A stretch of DNA of 64,000 bases from contig OZ254086.1 in NCBI GenBank assembly GCA_965267575.1, positions 640,001 through 704,000 of the forward strand, given 5' to 3'. Position 1 is the first letter of the stretch. Each line of letters begins with the position of its first letter. Shown here one piece after another: positions 13,347 to 21,210 of the stretch. The translations under genes were made by a program, and so were the position numbers. The notes under the pieces were generated by a model. The model was not told the DNA's origin. It saw only the letters and a list, made by a program, of their open reading frames with translations, and did no database searches. Origin of the DNA: Calditrichales bacterium (lineage in GTDB: Bacteria; Calditrichota; Calditrichia; Calditrichales; J004).

Positions 13347-14198
13347 TCAGTGTGTTTTAGGAAAGCGTCGCAGTCCGCTCCAGGGCATGGTTTTAGAGAT
13401 GGGCAGCGCGGGTGCGTCCACGTTTTTTTCCAACCGGAACCAGGCGGAACCGTTGGCGGCACGCAAAAGGTAGGGCTGGCAAGCAGGTGTGTCTCCCTGG
13501 GCAAATAACAGCACGGTCTCCCCGGAACCGCTCCTGGCCATATCAACAATCATAACGGCGTGGCCGCGGCTGCCTTTTTTAACTATAAAATCACCGGGCT
13601 GCAGATCGGCACGTTTTTGCGGCGGGTAGTGATGATAAAAAGTTTGTGTGCCGCTATACTCAAAGATCGTGCGGATATAATCTTCAAAAACGCTTTGCTT
13701 ATGATCGCCTTTTTCCAGGATGAAGCGCAATCCTTTAAACCGCGGCCGCCAACCATCGCGCCAGGCTTTCCAGCTCAGGATTGTGCCCTCGGGCAAGGGG
13801 TATTGTATGCTGTCACTTAAGCCTTTGCTCCACAGCCAGTCGCTGTGCAGGCGGATGAGAATATCCATGCATTGTTCAAGCCTACAGCCTTTGATATCAA
13901 CGGCAAAAACAGCCGCAAGGCTTGTGTCATCCGCCGCTTTGGCAACGGAACCGTCAAATTCCAGAACAGCTCTTTTTTCAAGGTAGAGGGGAAGTTTGCG
14001 CAGGTATTGGGCAAAGCTGCCTGGCGCGACATCGACACGGGTGAAGCCATCGGGAGCCTTAATCGCCTCTTGCAAGGCCGGATGTTCGCCGGGCTCAAAA
14101 AGAACGCGTTGTCCGCTTACAGCATTCGGAAGCAGCGCGAAAAAGAGGGTCAAAGCACAAATTAAAGGAAAAGAAAAAACAGGAGATCGTCTGATCAC
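13347..14198 (-). CDS. exported DUF4846-like protein
   Basis: Signal peptide; SFAQYLRKLPL, LEQCMD..IRL, PGD...GHAVMIVD, LFAQG.TPA resemble DUF4846; GTGA overlap with the upstream gene. Confidence 0.7.
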   Translation of the reverse strand: MIRRSPVFSFPLICALTLFFALLPNAVSGQRVLFEPGEHPALQEAIKAPDGFTRVDVAPGSFAQYLRKLPLYLEKRAVLEFDGSVAKAADDTSLAAVFAVDIKGCRLEQCMDILIRLHSDWLWSKGLSDSIQYPLPEGTILSWKAWRDGWRPRFKGLRFILEKGDHKQSVFEDYIRTIFEYSGTQTFYHHYPPQKRADLQPGDFIVKKGSRGHAVMIVDMARSGSGETVLLFAQGDTPACQPYLLRAANGSAWFRLEKNVDAPALPISKTMPWSGLRRFPKTH

Positions 14199-15130
14199 AA
14201 CTCGAAAGCTTTTTGGATATTGGGCAGCAGCACATGCAGCGATGACCTGGCCATATCACCATCCAGCGGCAGGCAGATTACAACCGTCTGGCCGATTTTG
14301 CCTGCGGCCAGCCGTTGCGTGAACAGCCCCTTATGGTGCTCCCTTGCCACGCTGTAGAGAGACTGCTCAATACCCTCGATGCGAAAATCGAAGAACGGCT
14401 CCACCACGCCCAGCGTAATATCGCGGCGTCCAAGACCGTTTCCGCCGCAGGTCATGATCAATTCGACGCCCTCTTCCAGCCATTCCTGGAATTTCTCCAC
14501 CAGCTTGTCCGAATCGTTGGAGATGATGCTGTAGTGGCGGGTATCAAAACCGGCTTCCTTAAACCCATCGCGCAGAACGGCGCCGGCTTCATCTTCTGCC
14601 AGGCCGGCCACCACGCGGTCAGAAACAACCACAATCCCAACTTTGATGGGCATCTTTGCCGTATTGATAATCTCTTTGGATTCCTTTTCGGGAATTATCT
14701 GCAGATCGCGCACAGAAACATTGGGGTCATACTTGCGGAAAGCGTTGAGCAGGGTTACGGCAGTGGCCGATGCGGCACTTAAGGCATGAGCATCTAGCGA
14801 GGCCCGGCTTACGGCACGCACGCGGGCGGTAATGGCAATCGTATTTTCCTCTACGCTGAGATCGACACTTACAAAATCAAGCGACTGGCTAAAGGGCAGC
14901 GGGATAAATTCATGGGCGCGTTTGGCCGCCTGCACACCGGCAACCCGCGCCTCGCTCAGGATATCGCCCTGCAGCAAACCGGCATTGGCCAGAAGTGAAG
15001 CGCCGTCATCTTCAAAAACGACGGTAGCTACGGCTCGGGCACAGACGATGCCGGCAGGCTTTATGGTTTCTTTTTCGCTTTCAGAATAGTAACCGTTATG
15101 TGGCTTAATCAAAGCTTTGTCCTCAGTCAT
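14195..15130 (-). CDS. MoaC-MoaB/MogA-like fusion with degenerate catalytic motifs
   Basis: ARVAGVQAAKR..IPL (MoaC fold) and VVSDR, TCGGNG.GRRDIT, ICLP (MoaB/MogA fold). Confidence 0.8.
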   Translation of the reverse strand: MTEDKALIKPHNGYYSESEKETIKPAGIVCARAVATVVFEDDGASLLANAGLLQGDILSEARVAGVQAAKRAHEFIPLPFSQSLDFVSVDLSVEENTIAITARVRAVSRASLDAHALSAASATAVTLLNAFRKYDPNVSVRDLQIIPEKESKEIINTAKMPIKVGIVVVSDRVVAGLAEDEAGAVLRDGFKEAGFDTRHYSIISNDSDKLVEKFQEWLEEGVELIMTCGGNGLGRRDITLGVVEPFFDFRIEGIEQSLYSVAREHHKGLFTQRLAAGKIGQTVVICLPLDGDMARSSLHVLLPNIQKAFEL

Positions 15131-15912
15131 GACAGACCATCCATGTTAAATGTGTCTCCGTCTTTCCAGACGGGAAATTTTTGGCGATACTCCTTCAGGC
15201 GTTGCGCCGAAAGAGTTACCGTTTTGACTTTCTCCGTATGGGCGTGCTCAAAAAGCGGCTCGCCCAGCGGGTCCAGCACCGCCGAATCACCGCGGTAGTA
15301 AATATCGTTACCATCGGTGCCGATGCGGTTTACGCCCACCACGTAGGCCTGGTTTTCTGCTGCCCGCGCCCGCAACAAAAGGCGCCAGTGGCTGGAACGT
15401 CTTTCCGGCCAGTTGGCTACAAAAATGGCCAGATCATACTTGTTGCCGTAATTGCGCAGCCAAACCGGAAAGCGCAGATCGTAGCAGACAAACGGGGCGA
15501 TTTTCCAGCCCTTGCAGTTAACCACCAAATGCGTTTTACCGGCACTGTATACTTTATGCTCTCCGGCCATCCGAAATAAATGACGCTTGTCATAAAAATC
15601 GAAATGGCCGTCCGGCCTTACCCAGAACATCCGGTTGAAATAACGCCCGTCGTCTTTAATGACAACACTACCAGTAATGTCGACGGAATATGCCGCCGCT
15701 TTATCCCGCATCCATTGCACGGTCCGCCCATTCGGAGAATCGGCCACGCGCTGAGGGTTCATAGTAAAGCCCGTGCTGAACATTTCCGGTAAAACAAGGA
15801 CATCGCCCCAATGGGTTACGCTGGCTAAAATCTGGTCAAAATGCGCCAGGTTGGCTTCCCTGTCTTCCCATCGCAACGCGGTTTGCACAACGGTTACTTT
15901 CAAATCCTGCAT
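15127..15912 (-). CDS. carbon-nitrogen hydrolase (omega-amidase, YafV-like)
   Basis: LPEMFSTGF, YDKRHLF, VCYDLRFPVW; E-K-C triad. Confidence 0.9.
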   Translation of the reverse strand: MQDLKVTVVQTALRWEDREANLAHFDQILASVTHWGDVLVLPEMFSTGFTMNPQRVADSPNGRTVQWMRDKAAAYSVDITGSVVIKDDGRYFNRMFWVRPDGHFDFYDKRHLFRMAGEHKVYSAGKTHLVVNCKGWKIAPFVCYDLRFPVWLRNYGNKYDLAIFVANWPERRSSHWRLLLRARAAENQAYVVGVNRIGTDGNDIYYRGDSAVLDPLGEPLFEHAHTEKVKTVTLSAQRLKEYRQKFPVWKDGDTFNMDGLS

Positions 15913-17039
15913 AAAACCTCCGCCGCCCTGTCAAGCGTCTCATCCTTTTTGGCAAAACAGAGGCGTATCACCTTATGGTCATCCCTGTTGCGGTAAAAGA
16001 CCGATGTGGGAATGGTGGCAATCTTGTGTTCCCGCGTAAGTCTTTCACAAAATGCACGATCGTTTTCGTCGCTGATGCCGGCATAGCTGAGCAATTGGAA
16101 ATAAGTTCCGGCACAGGGTAAAACCTTAAAGCGCGATTGCTGCAGCTGCCCGGCGATACGGTCGCGCTTTTGCTGGTAAAAGTGCGCCAGTTCGAGGTAG
16201 TGGTTTTCGTCTTTCAGCATTTCCGCGTAAGCGTGCTGGCTTGGCGCGTGTACGGAAAAAACTATGAACTGGTGAATTTTGCGCAGTTCTTTGGTCAATT
16301 CAACAGGGGCCAAGCAGTAGCCTACTTTCCAGCCGGTGGCATGGAACGTTTTGCCGAACGAGCTGATCACGAAACTGCGCTCAGCCAGCTCCGGGTAACG
16401 TGCCAGGCTGAGGTGTTTCTGCCCGTCAAAGACGATGTGTTCATAAACCTCGTCGGCGATCAGCACAATATTTGTATTGCGGGTGATCGCAATCAGTTGC
16501 CGGATGTCGCTATCGCCCAGCACGGCGCCTGCCGGATTGTGCGGATTGTTTAGAATAATGGCCCGTGTTTTTGGTGAGATTGCCTTTTTCAGGGCATCCC
16601 AATCAATGCCGTAGCGCGGCGGCATAAGCGGCACGGTTACCACTTTGCCAGCGCTGTATTCAACCGTAGGAATATAGATGTCATACCACGGCTCAAAAAC
16701 AATCACTTCATCTCCCGGATGCACGGTTGCCGTTATGGCGGCATACAGTGCTTCGGTTGCGCCCGATGTTACGGTGACTTCAGTTTCCATGTCGTAACGC
16801 GCGCCGTACAGCTTTTCCGTTTTAATGGCAATTTGCTCGCGCAGTTGAGGAATGCCCGGCATGGGCGCGTATTGATTGTGCCCTTCCCTGATGGCCGCCG
16901 AAATCAACTCGCTCATCCGCCGATTTATGTCAAAATCGGGGAAGCCCTGGGAGAGATTCAAAGCATCGTGCTTGTGGGACAGCGCCGTCATAACGGCAAA
17001 AATGCTGGTTTGCAGGTTCGGCTGTTTGGATGTGATCAT
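15900..17039 (-). CDS. PLP-dependent methionine aminotransferase (YbdL-like)
   Basis: NLSQGFPDF, NNPHNPAG, DEVYEH, SFGKTFHATGWKVGY; paired with an omega-amidase. Confidence 0.9.
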   Translation of the reverse strand: MITSKQPNLQTSIFAVMTALSHKHDALNLSQGFPDFDINRRMSELISAAIREGHNQYAPMPGIPQLREQIAIKTEKLYGARYDMETEVTVTSGATEALYAAITATVHPGDEVIVFEPWYDIYIPTVEYSAGKVVTVPLMPPRYGIDWDALKKAISPKTRAIILNNPHNPAGAVLGDSDIRQLIAITRNTNIVLIADEVYEHIVFDGQKHLSLARYPELAERSFVISSFGKTFHATGWKVGYCLAPVELTKELRKIHQFIVFSVHAPSQHAYAEMLKDENHYLELAHFYQQKRDRIAGQLQQSRFKVLPCAGTYFQLLSYAGISDENDRAFCERLTREHKIATIPTSVFYRNRDDHKVIRLCFAKKDETLDRAAEVLCRI

Positions 17040-17045
17040 AAGGAT

Positions 17046-17077
17046 GTGCTATGGTGTTTAGGTGTTAGTGTGTTAAA
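17046..17077. repeat. 8-bp-period array, GTGYTA family, orphan arm
   Basis: GTGCTATG GTGTTTAG GTGTTAGT GTGTTAAA. Confidence 0.8.
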
Positions 17078-17101
17078 GTTGTGCCCGGCAAATATAACAA
17101 T

Positions 17102-17135
17102 TCTTGATCATGATCATGCTCGTGATCATGCTCTT
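17102..17135. repeat. 6-bp-period array, TCRTGM family
   Basis: TCTTGA TCATGA TCATGC TCGTGA TCATGC TCTT. Confidence 0.8.
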
Positions 17136-17152
17136 ATTATTCTCTGTCAGAA

Positions 17153-17181
17153 GATCCCGGCGCGGTTGCCGGGATGACAGG
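17153..17181. repeat. REP-like palindrome, copy 1
   Basis: GATCCCGGC-GCGGTT-GCCGGGATGACAGG. Confidence 0.75.
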
Positions 17182-17234
17182 AATCTGGAGCGAAATAAAT
17201 TGCGCCTTAGTGGCAAAATGCTCCGGCTTGGCTT

Positions 17235-17666
17235 TTAATCCGCCGGTTCCTTTGCCAGCAGAAAAGTGCCTGCCTCAAATATATAAAACATCAGCCAAAA
17301 AGCGGAAACACCGCGCAGTTTTTTGTAGCCGGGGGTCAAATCAACCCAGCCGGAGCCTTCCGCGGATGTGGCAAGCACGTAGCCAAAATTGAGCACAGCA
17401 TATACCGCGATAAAGACAATCAAATATTTAAACCATTGCGGCCAGAGACGCCAGGCGATTTTCCAGGGGTTAACGGCAGGTTCACTTTCGGCAAGTTCTT
17501 TAATGCGTTTGCTGCCATCCATCCAGGCCAGCAGCATGGCGATGGTGAGGGGGAAGGAAAGTGCCAAAGGCGGATGATAAAGATCCAAAGCAATCGACAT
17601 ATGAAAAAAAAGGCTGACTGCAGCTAAAACTACAGCCAGCCCCAAAAGCGGGTGTATCGACTTCAT
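17235..17666 (-). CDS. hypothetical membrane protein (about 4 TM helices)
   Basis: Hydrophobic segments; 1-nt overlap with the rhodanese stop codon. Confidence 0.7.
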   Translation of the reverse strand: MKSIHPLLGLAVVLAAVSLFFHMSIALDLYHPPLALSFPLTIAMLLAWMDGSKRIKELAESEPAVNPWKIAWRLWPQWFKYLIVFIAVYAVLNFGYVLATSAEGSGWVDLTPGYKKLRGVSAFWLMFYIFEAGTFLLAKEPAD

Positions 17667-17977
17667 TACCCCTCTTCCACGGGATTTTGGGCTTCATGCC
17701 AATCGATGATCCCTCCGTGCAGGTTCATCAGGTTGCCGTAGCCGTGTGCCGACAATTGCGCCAGCAAATAGGCGCTGCGGCTGCCGCTGCGACAATAAAC
17801 AACGGCATCGGTTTCCTTTGGCAACTCCTGCAGACGGCTGTTCATCTGGCTCATCGGGATAAGCCGCGCGCCGGGGATGCGTACCTGGTCAAACTCCTCC
17901 GGCTCGCGGATGTCGATGAACTCGATACCTTTGTCGAAGGCCTCACGGGCCTGCTCGACACTTATATTTTTAAACAT
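17666..17977 (-). CDS. rhodanese-like domain protein
   Basis: IDIREPEEF..RIPGA, YCRSGSRS active-site loop, LHGGI..W. Confidence 0.92.
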   Translation of the reverse strand: MFKNISVEQAREAFDKGIEFIDIREPEEFDQVRIPGARLIPMSQMNSRLQELPKETDAVVYCRSGSRSAYLLAQLSAHGYGNLMNLHGGIIDWHEAQNPVEEG

Positions 17978-18033
17978 ATTTTGCGCTCCACATTTTCTTT
18001 AAACGCTTATTAAATGATAAAGCGCAAAAGAGG

Positions 18034-19410
18034 TTACAAATCTTTAACCTGTTTAACGAGATCGGTAACCATACCCTTGGCGTCGCCAAACAGCATCATC
18101 GTCTTTTCATCATAGAACAGCTCGTTGTCCTCTCCGGCAAAACCGGCAGAAAGGCTACGTTTGATGATCATGACGCGGCGCGCTTTATCCACGTTGAGGA
18201 TCGGCATGCCGTAAAGGGCGCTGCCTTTTTTGTAACGCGCGGCCGGGTTGATAACATCGTTGGCACCGATAACCAGGGCCACGTCGGTCTCCTGGAATTC
18301 ATCATTGATCTCGTCCATCTCTTTCAGCATTTCGTAAGGCACGTTGGCCTCTGCCAGAAGCACGTTCATGTGTCCCGGCATGCGTCCCGCCACCGGGTGG
18401 ATGGCGTAACTGACTTTAACGCCCTGTTTCATCAGCAAGGTGGCCAGTTCCTGCAGCACGTGCTGGGCCTGGGCAACCGCCAGACCGTAACCCGGAACGA
18501 TGATTACCGATTCACTGCCGTCAAATATCATGGCCGCGTCTTCGGCGGTGTAGCGCGTAACGCTGGCTTTATCACGGCCACCGGTGCCTGTGCTGTCATC
18601 GGAGCCAACCGCGCCGAACAGCACGTTGGCCAGCGAGCGGTTCATGGCCACACACATGATGTTGGTCAGGATCAATCCCGACGCACCTACCAGCGCACCG
18701 GCAATAATCAGAATGTTGTTGGACAGCACAAAACCGGTCGCGGCGGCAGCCAAACCGGAGTAGCTGTTAAGCAGTGAAATAACCACCGGCATATCTGCGC
18801 CGCCAATCGGAATAACCGAGGTAACACCCAGGATAGCGGCCAGGACAACGATGGCAATCAACAATTCCTGCTGTGTGGTATCCATGGCAAACAGACCAAT
18901 TAAGGCGGCCATGACAATAACCACCAGCGCGTTAAACACGGTTTGACCCTTAAAGGTAATCGGCGCGCCGCGCATAATGCCCTGCAATTTTGCGAACGCA
19001 ATAATGGAGCCGGTAAAGGTAAGTACACCGATCATCAAACTGAGGCCGGTGGAAACCGATACGTCTGTGCCAAAAATCTGGAAGCCGCCGTTAACATATT
19101 CGGCGTAAGCCACAAAGGCCGAAGCGATACCGCCGAAGCCATTAAATAAAGCAACCATCTGCGGCATATCGGTCATGGCTACTTTTTTGGCAGCAATAGC
19201 ACCTACGCCGGCACCGACAATCAAACCGACAATGATATATGTAAAATCGAGGATCCCCTGGTCGAGCAGGGTAATTACGATGGCCAGCAGCATGGCGATC
19301 ATGGCCAGCAGGTTACCGCGGCGGGCTGTTTTGGGCGAACCCAGGTTTTTAAGCCCAAGGATAAAAAGAATCGCCGCAACGAGATATACGATATTTGTAA
19401 TAGCAGCCAT
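18034..19410 (-). CDS. pntB: NAD(P) transhydrogenase subunit beta
   Basis: IGGADMPVVISLLNSYSG, PGYGLAVAQAQH, HPVAGRMPGHMNVLLAEA. Confidence 0.97.
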   Translation of the reverse strand: MAAITNIVYLVAAILFILGLKNLGSPKTARRGNLLAMIAMLLAIVITLLDQGILDFTYIIVGLIVGAGVGAIAAKKVAMTDMPQMVALFNGFGGIASAFVAYAEYVNGGFQIFGTDVSVSTGLSLMIGVLTFTGSIIAFAKLQGIMRGAPITFKGQTVFNALVVIVMAALIGLFAMDTTQQELLIAIVVLAAILGVTSVIPIGGADMPVVISLLNSYSGLAAAATGFVLSNNILIIAGALVGASGLILTNIMCVAMNRSLANVLFGAVGSDDSTGTGGRDKASVTRYTAEDAAMIFDGSESVIIVPGYGLAVAQAQHVLQELATLLMKQGVKVSYAIHPVAGRMPGHMNVLLAEANVPYEMLKEMDEINDEFQETDVALVIGANDVINPAARYKKGSALYGMPILNVDKARRVMIIKRSLSAGFAGEDNELFYDEKTMMLFGDAKGMVTDLVKQVKDL

Positions 19411-19712
19411 TATTTAGCCTCCTTGCCTTTTTCTTTACCCTTAAACATGCCCAGCATGCGGTCCGTAACCATAAAGCCGCCCACCACGTTTATGGTAGCG
19501 GTAATAATGGCCAGCATACCAAGTATTATACCAAGATTTGTTTCACCCATGCCCGTACTCAGCAGCGCACCCACGATTGTAATACCGGAGATGGCGTTGG
19601 AGCCGGACATCAGCGGTGTGTGCAGCAAGGGAGGTACTTTTGTTATCACCTCAAAGCCGACAAAAATGGCCAGAACAAAAATATAAACCGAAACCAGAAT
19701 CATATCATTCAT
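19410..19712 (-). CDS. pntAB: NAD(P) transhydrogenase subunit alpha part 2
   Basis: LHTPLMSGSNAISG, NVVGGFMVTDRML. Confidence 0.95.
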   Translation of the reverse strand: MNDMILVSVYIFVLAIFVGFEVITKVPPLLHTPLMSGSNAISGITIVGALLSTGMGETNLGIILGMLAIITATINVVGGFMVTDRMLGMFKGKEKGKEAK

Positions 19713-19768
19713 GACATTTTTCCTTTTGTTTAATCCCGGAATCCATTGGACATATCAGGAATCAGGAG

Positions 19769-20914
19769 TTATTTGACAATATCCGCAACCACTTTATTTA
19801 CGATTTCGCCGTCCTTTACAACACAGGCGCCTTTAGTCACTTCATCATCCCAGGTGACGCCTTCGTTGCCAAAGATATTCTGGAACAGATTGGTAATATT
19901 TTTGGAATACATCTGGCTGGAGTGAACGGGAAGCTTTGTGGCCAGGTTTACCGCGCCAATGACGGTTACACCGTGCTTCTCAACCGTCTTATCTTTTTCC
20001 GTGATAGCGGTGTTGCCGCCCTGTTCCGAGGCGATGTCCACGATGACCGATCCCGGTTTCATCTGTTGCAGCATTTCTTCCGTGATCAGGATGGGCGCTG
20101 CCTTGCCAAATACCTGTGCCGTGGTAATCACCACATCAATTTTGGGCAGGCGCCCGCCGATGGCCTCCTGCTCTTTATTCAGAAATTCATCGCTCATTTC
20201 CTTGGCATAACCGCCTTCGGTTTCGGCGTCTTCGGGCATTTCCATTTCAACAAATCGCGCGCCCAGCGACTCCACCTGTTCTTTAACAGCTGCGCGCGGG
20301 TCGAATGCCTCTACTTTGGCGCCCAGCCTTTTGGAGGTAGCGATGGCCTGCAATCCCGCAACACCGGCGCCCAGCACAAGCACGTTGGCCGGTGAAACGG
20401 TTCCCGCGGCCGTCATCAGCATCGGGAACATCTTTGGCAGGTGGTCCGCTGCGATGAGCACCGCCTTATACCCGGCAATGGTTGCCATGGAGCTTAACGC
20501 ATCCATGCTTTGGGCGCGGGTAATACGCGGCACAAAACCCATATCGAAAGCGGTTACCTTCCGGCCGGTAAGCTTTTTGACATTGTCCGCATTTTGCGTG
20601 GGATGCAAAAATGTAATCAGGATAGCGCCCTCTTTCAGCGCTTCCGCTTCGTGCTTGCCCAGCGTGCTGTTCTCCTGCGGCGGCGCTACTTTCAGCACAA
20701 CGTCACATTCGGCAAAAAGCTTTTTGGCATCGGAGACAATTTCCGCGCCGGCCTTTTTGTACTGGTCGTCGCCGAATCCGGAAGCGACGCCGGCACCGCT
20801 TTCCAGCAGCACCTGGTTGTTGTTCTCTTTGCCTGTTAAAACCTTGATCATGGATGGGACGACGGCAACCCGTGTCTCATTCGGAGCAATCTCGCGAGGT
20901 ATGCCAATCTTCAT
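19769..20914 (-). CDS. pntAA: NAD(P) transhydrogenase subunit alpha part 1
   Basis: PRITRAQSMDALSSM, GAGVAGLQA, GGYAK. Confidence 0.96.
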   Translation of the reverse strand: MKIGIPREIAPNETRVAVVPSMIKVLTGKENNNQVLLESGAGVASGFGDDQYKKAGAEIVSDAKKLFAECDVVLKVAPPQENSTLGKHEAEALKEGAILITFLHPTQNADNVKKLTGRKVTAFDMGFVPRITRAQSMDALSSMATIAGYKAVLIAADHLPKMFPMLMTAAGTVSPANVLVLGAGVAGLQAIATSKRLGAKVEAFDPRAAVKEQVESLGARFVEMEMPEDAETEGGYAKEMSDEFLNKEQEAIGGRLPKIDVVITTAQVFGKAAPILITEEMLQQMKPGSVIVDIASEQGGNTAITEKDKTVEKHGVTVIGAVNLATKLPVHSSQMYSKNITNLFQNIFGNEGVTWDDEVTKGACVVKDGEIVNKVVADIVK

Positions 20915-21051
20915 GTGGCCTCCCTTAATACGTCCGTGGTTAAATTAGAGTACACTACAATGCGTAGTTTACGAAACATAAACCGTCATTTTCAAGGAAG
21001 ATTTGATTTCTTTTTAAGAGGCAGAATGGAATTGGGCAGAATAGGTATTAA

Positions 21052-21083
21052 GAATAGTTGAATTATGGAATTATTGAAGCGGT
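21052..21083. repeat. 8-bp-period array, GAAT family
   Basis: GAATAGTT GAATTATG GAATTATT GAAGCGGT; preceded by two GGCAGAAT copies. Confidence 0.6.
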
Positions 21084-21128
21084 GAGTTTCGTGGGGCGTC
21101 CGAGCTGTCTTGATGGTTTTAGTCGGTG

Positions 21129-21157
21129 GATCCCGGCGCACAGGCCGGGATGACAGG
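21129..21157. repeat. REP-like palindrome, copy 2
   Basis: GATCCCGGC-GCACAG-GCCGGGATGACAGG; arms identical to copy 1. Confidence 0.75.
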
Positions 21158-21166
21158 TAAGTGCCT

Positions 21167-21206
21167 AAGACGTCCAGACTCCAGGACACCATGACTTCAA
21201 GACCTT
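21167..21206. repeat. 8-bp-period array, GAC/GTC family, orphan arm
   Basis: AAGACGTC CAGACTCC AGGACACC ATGACTTC AAGACCTT, 4 nt after the acyl-CoA ligase stop. Confidence 0.8.
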
Positions 21207-21210
21207 ATTC

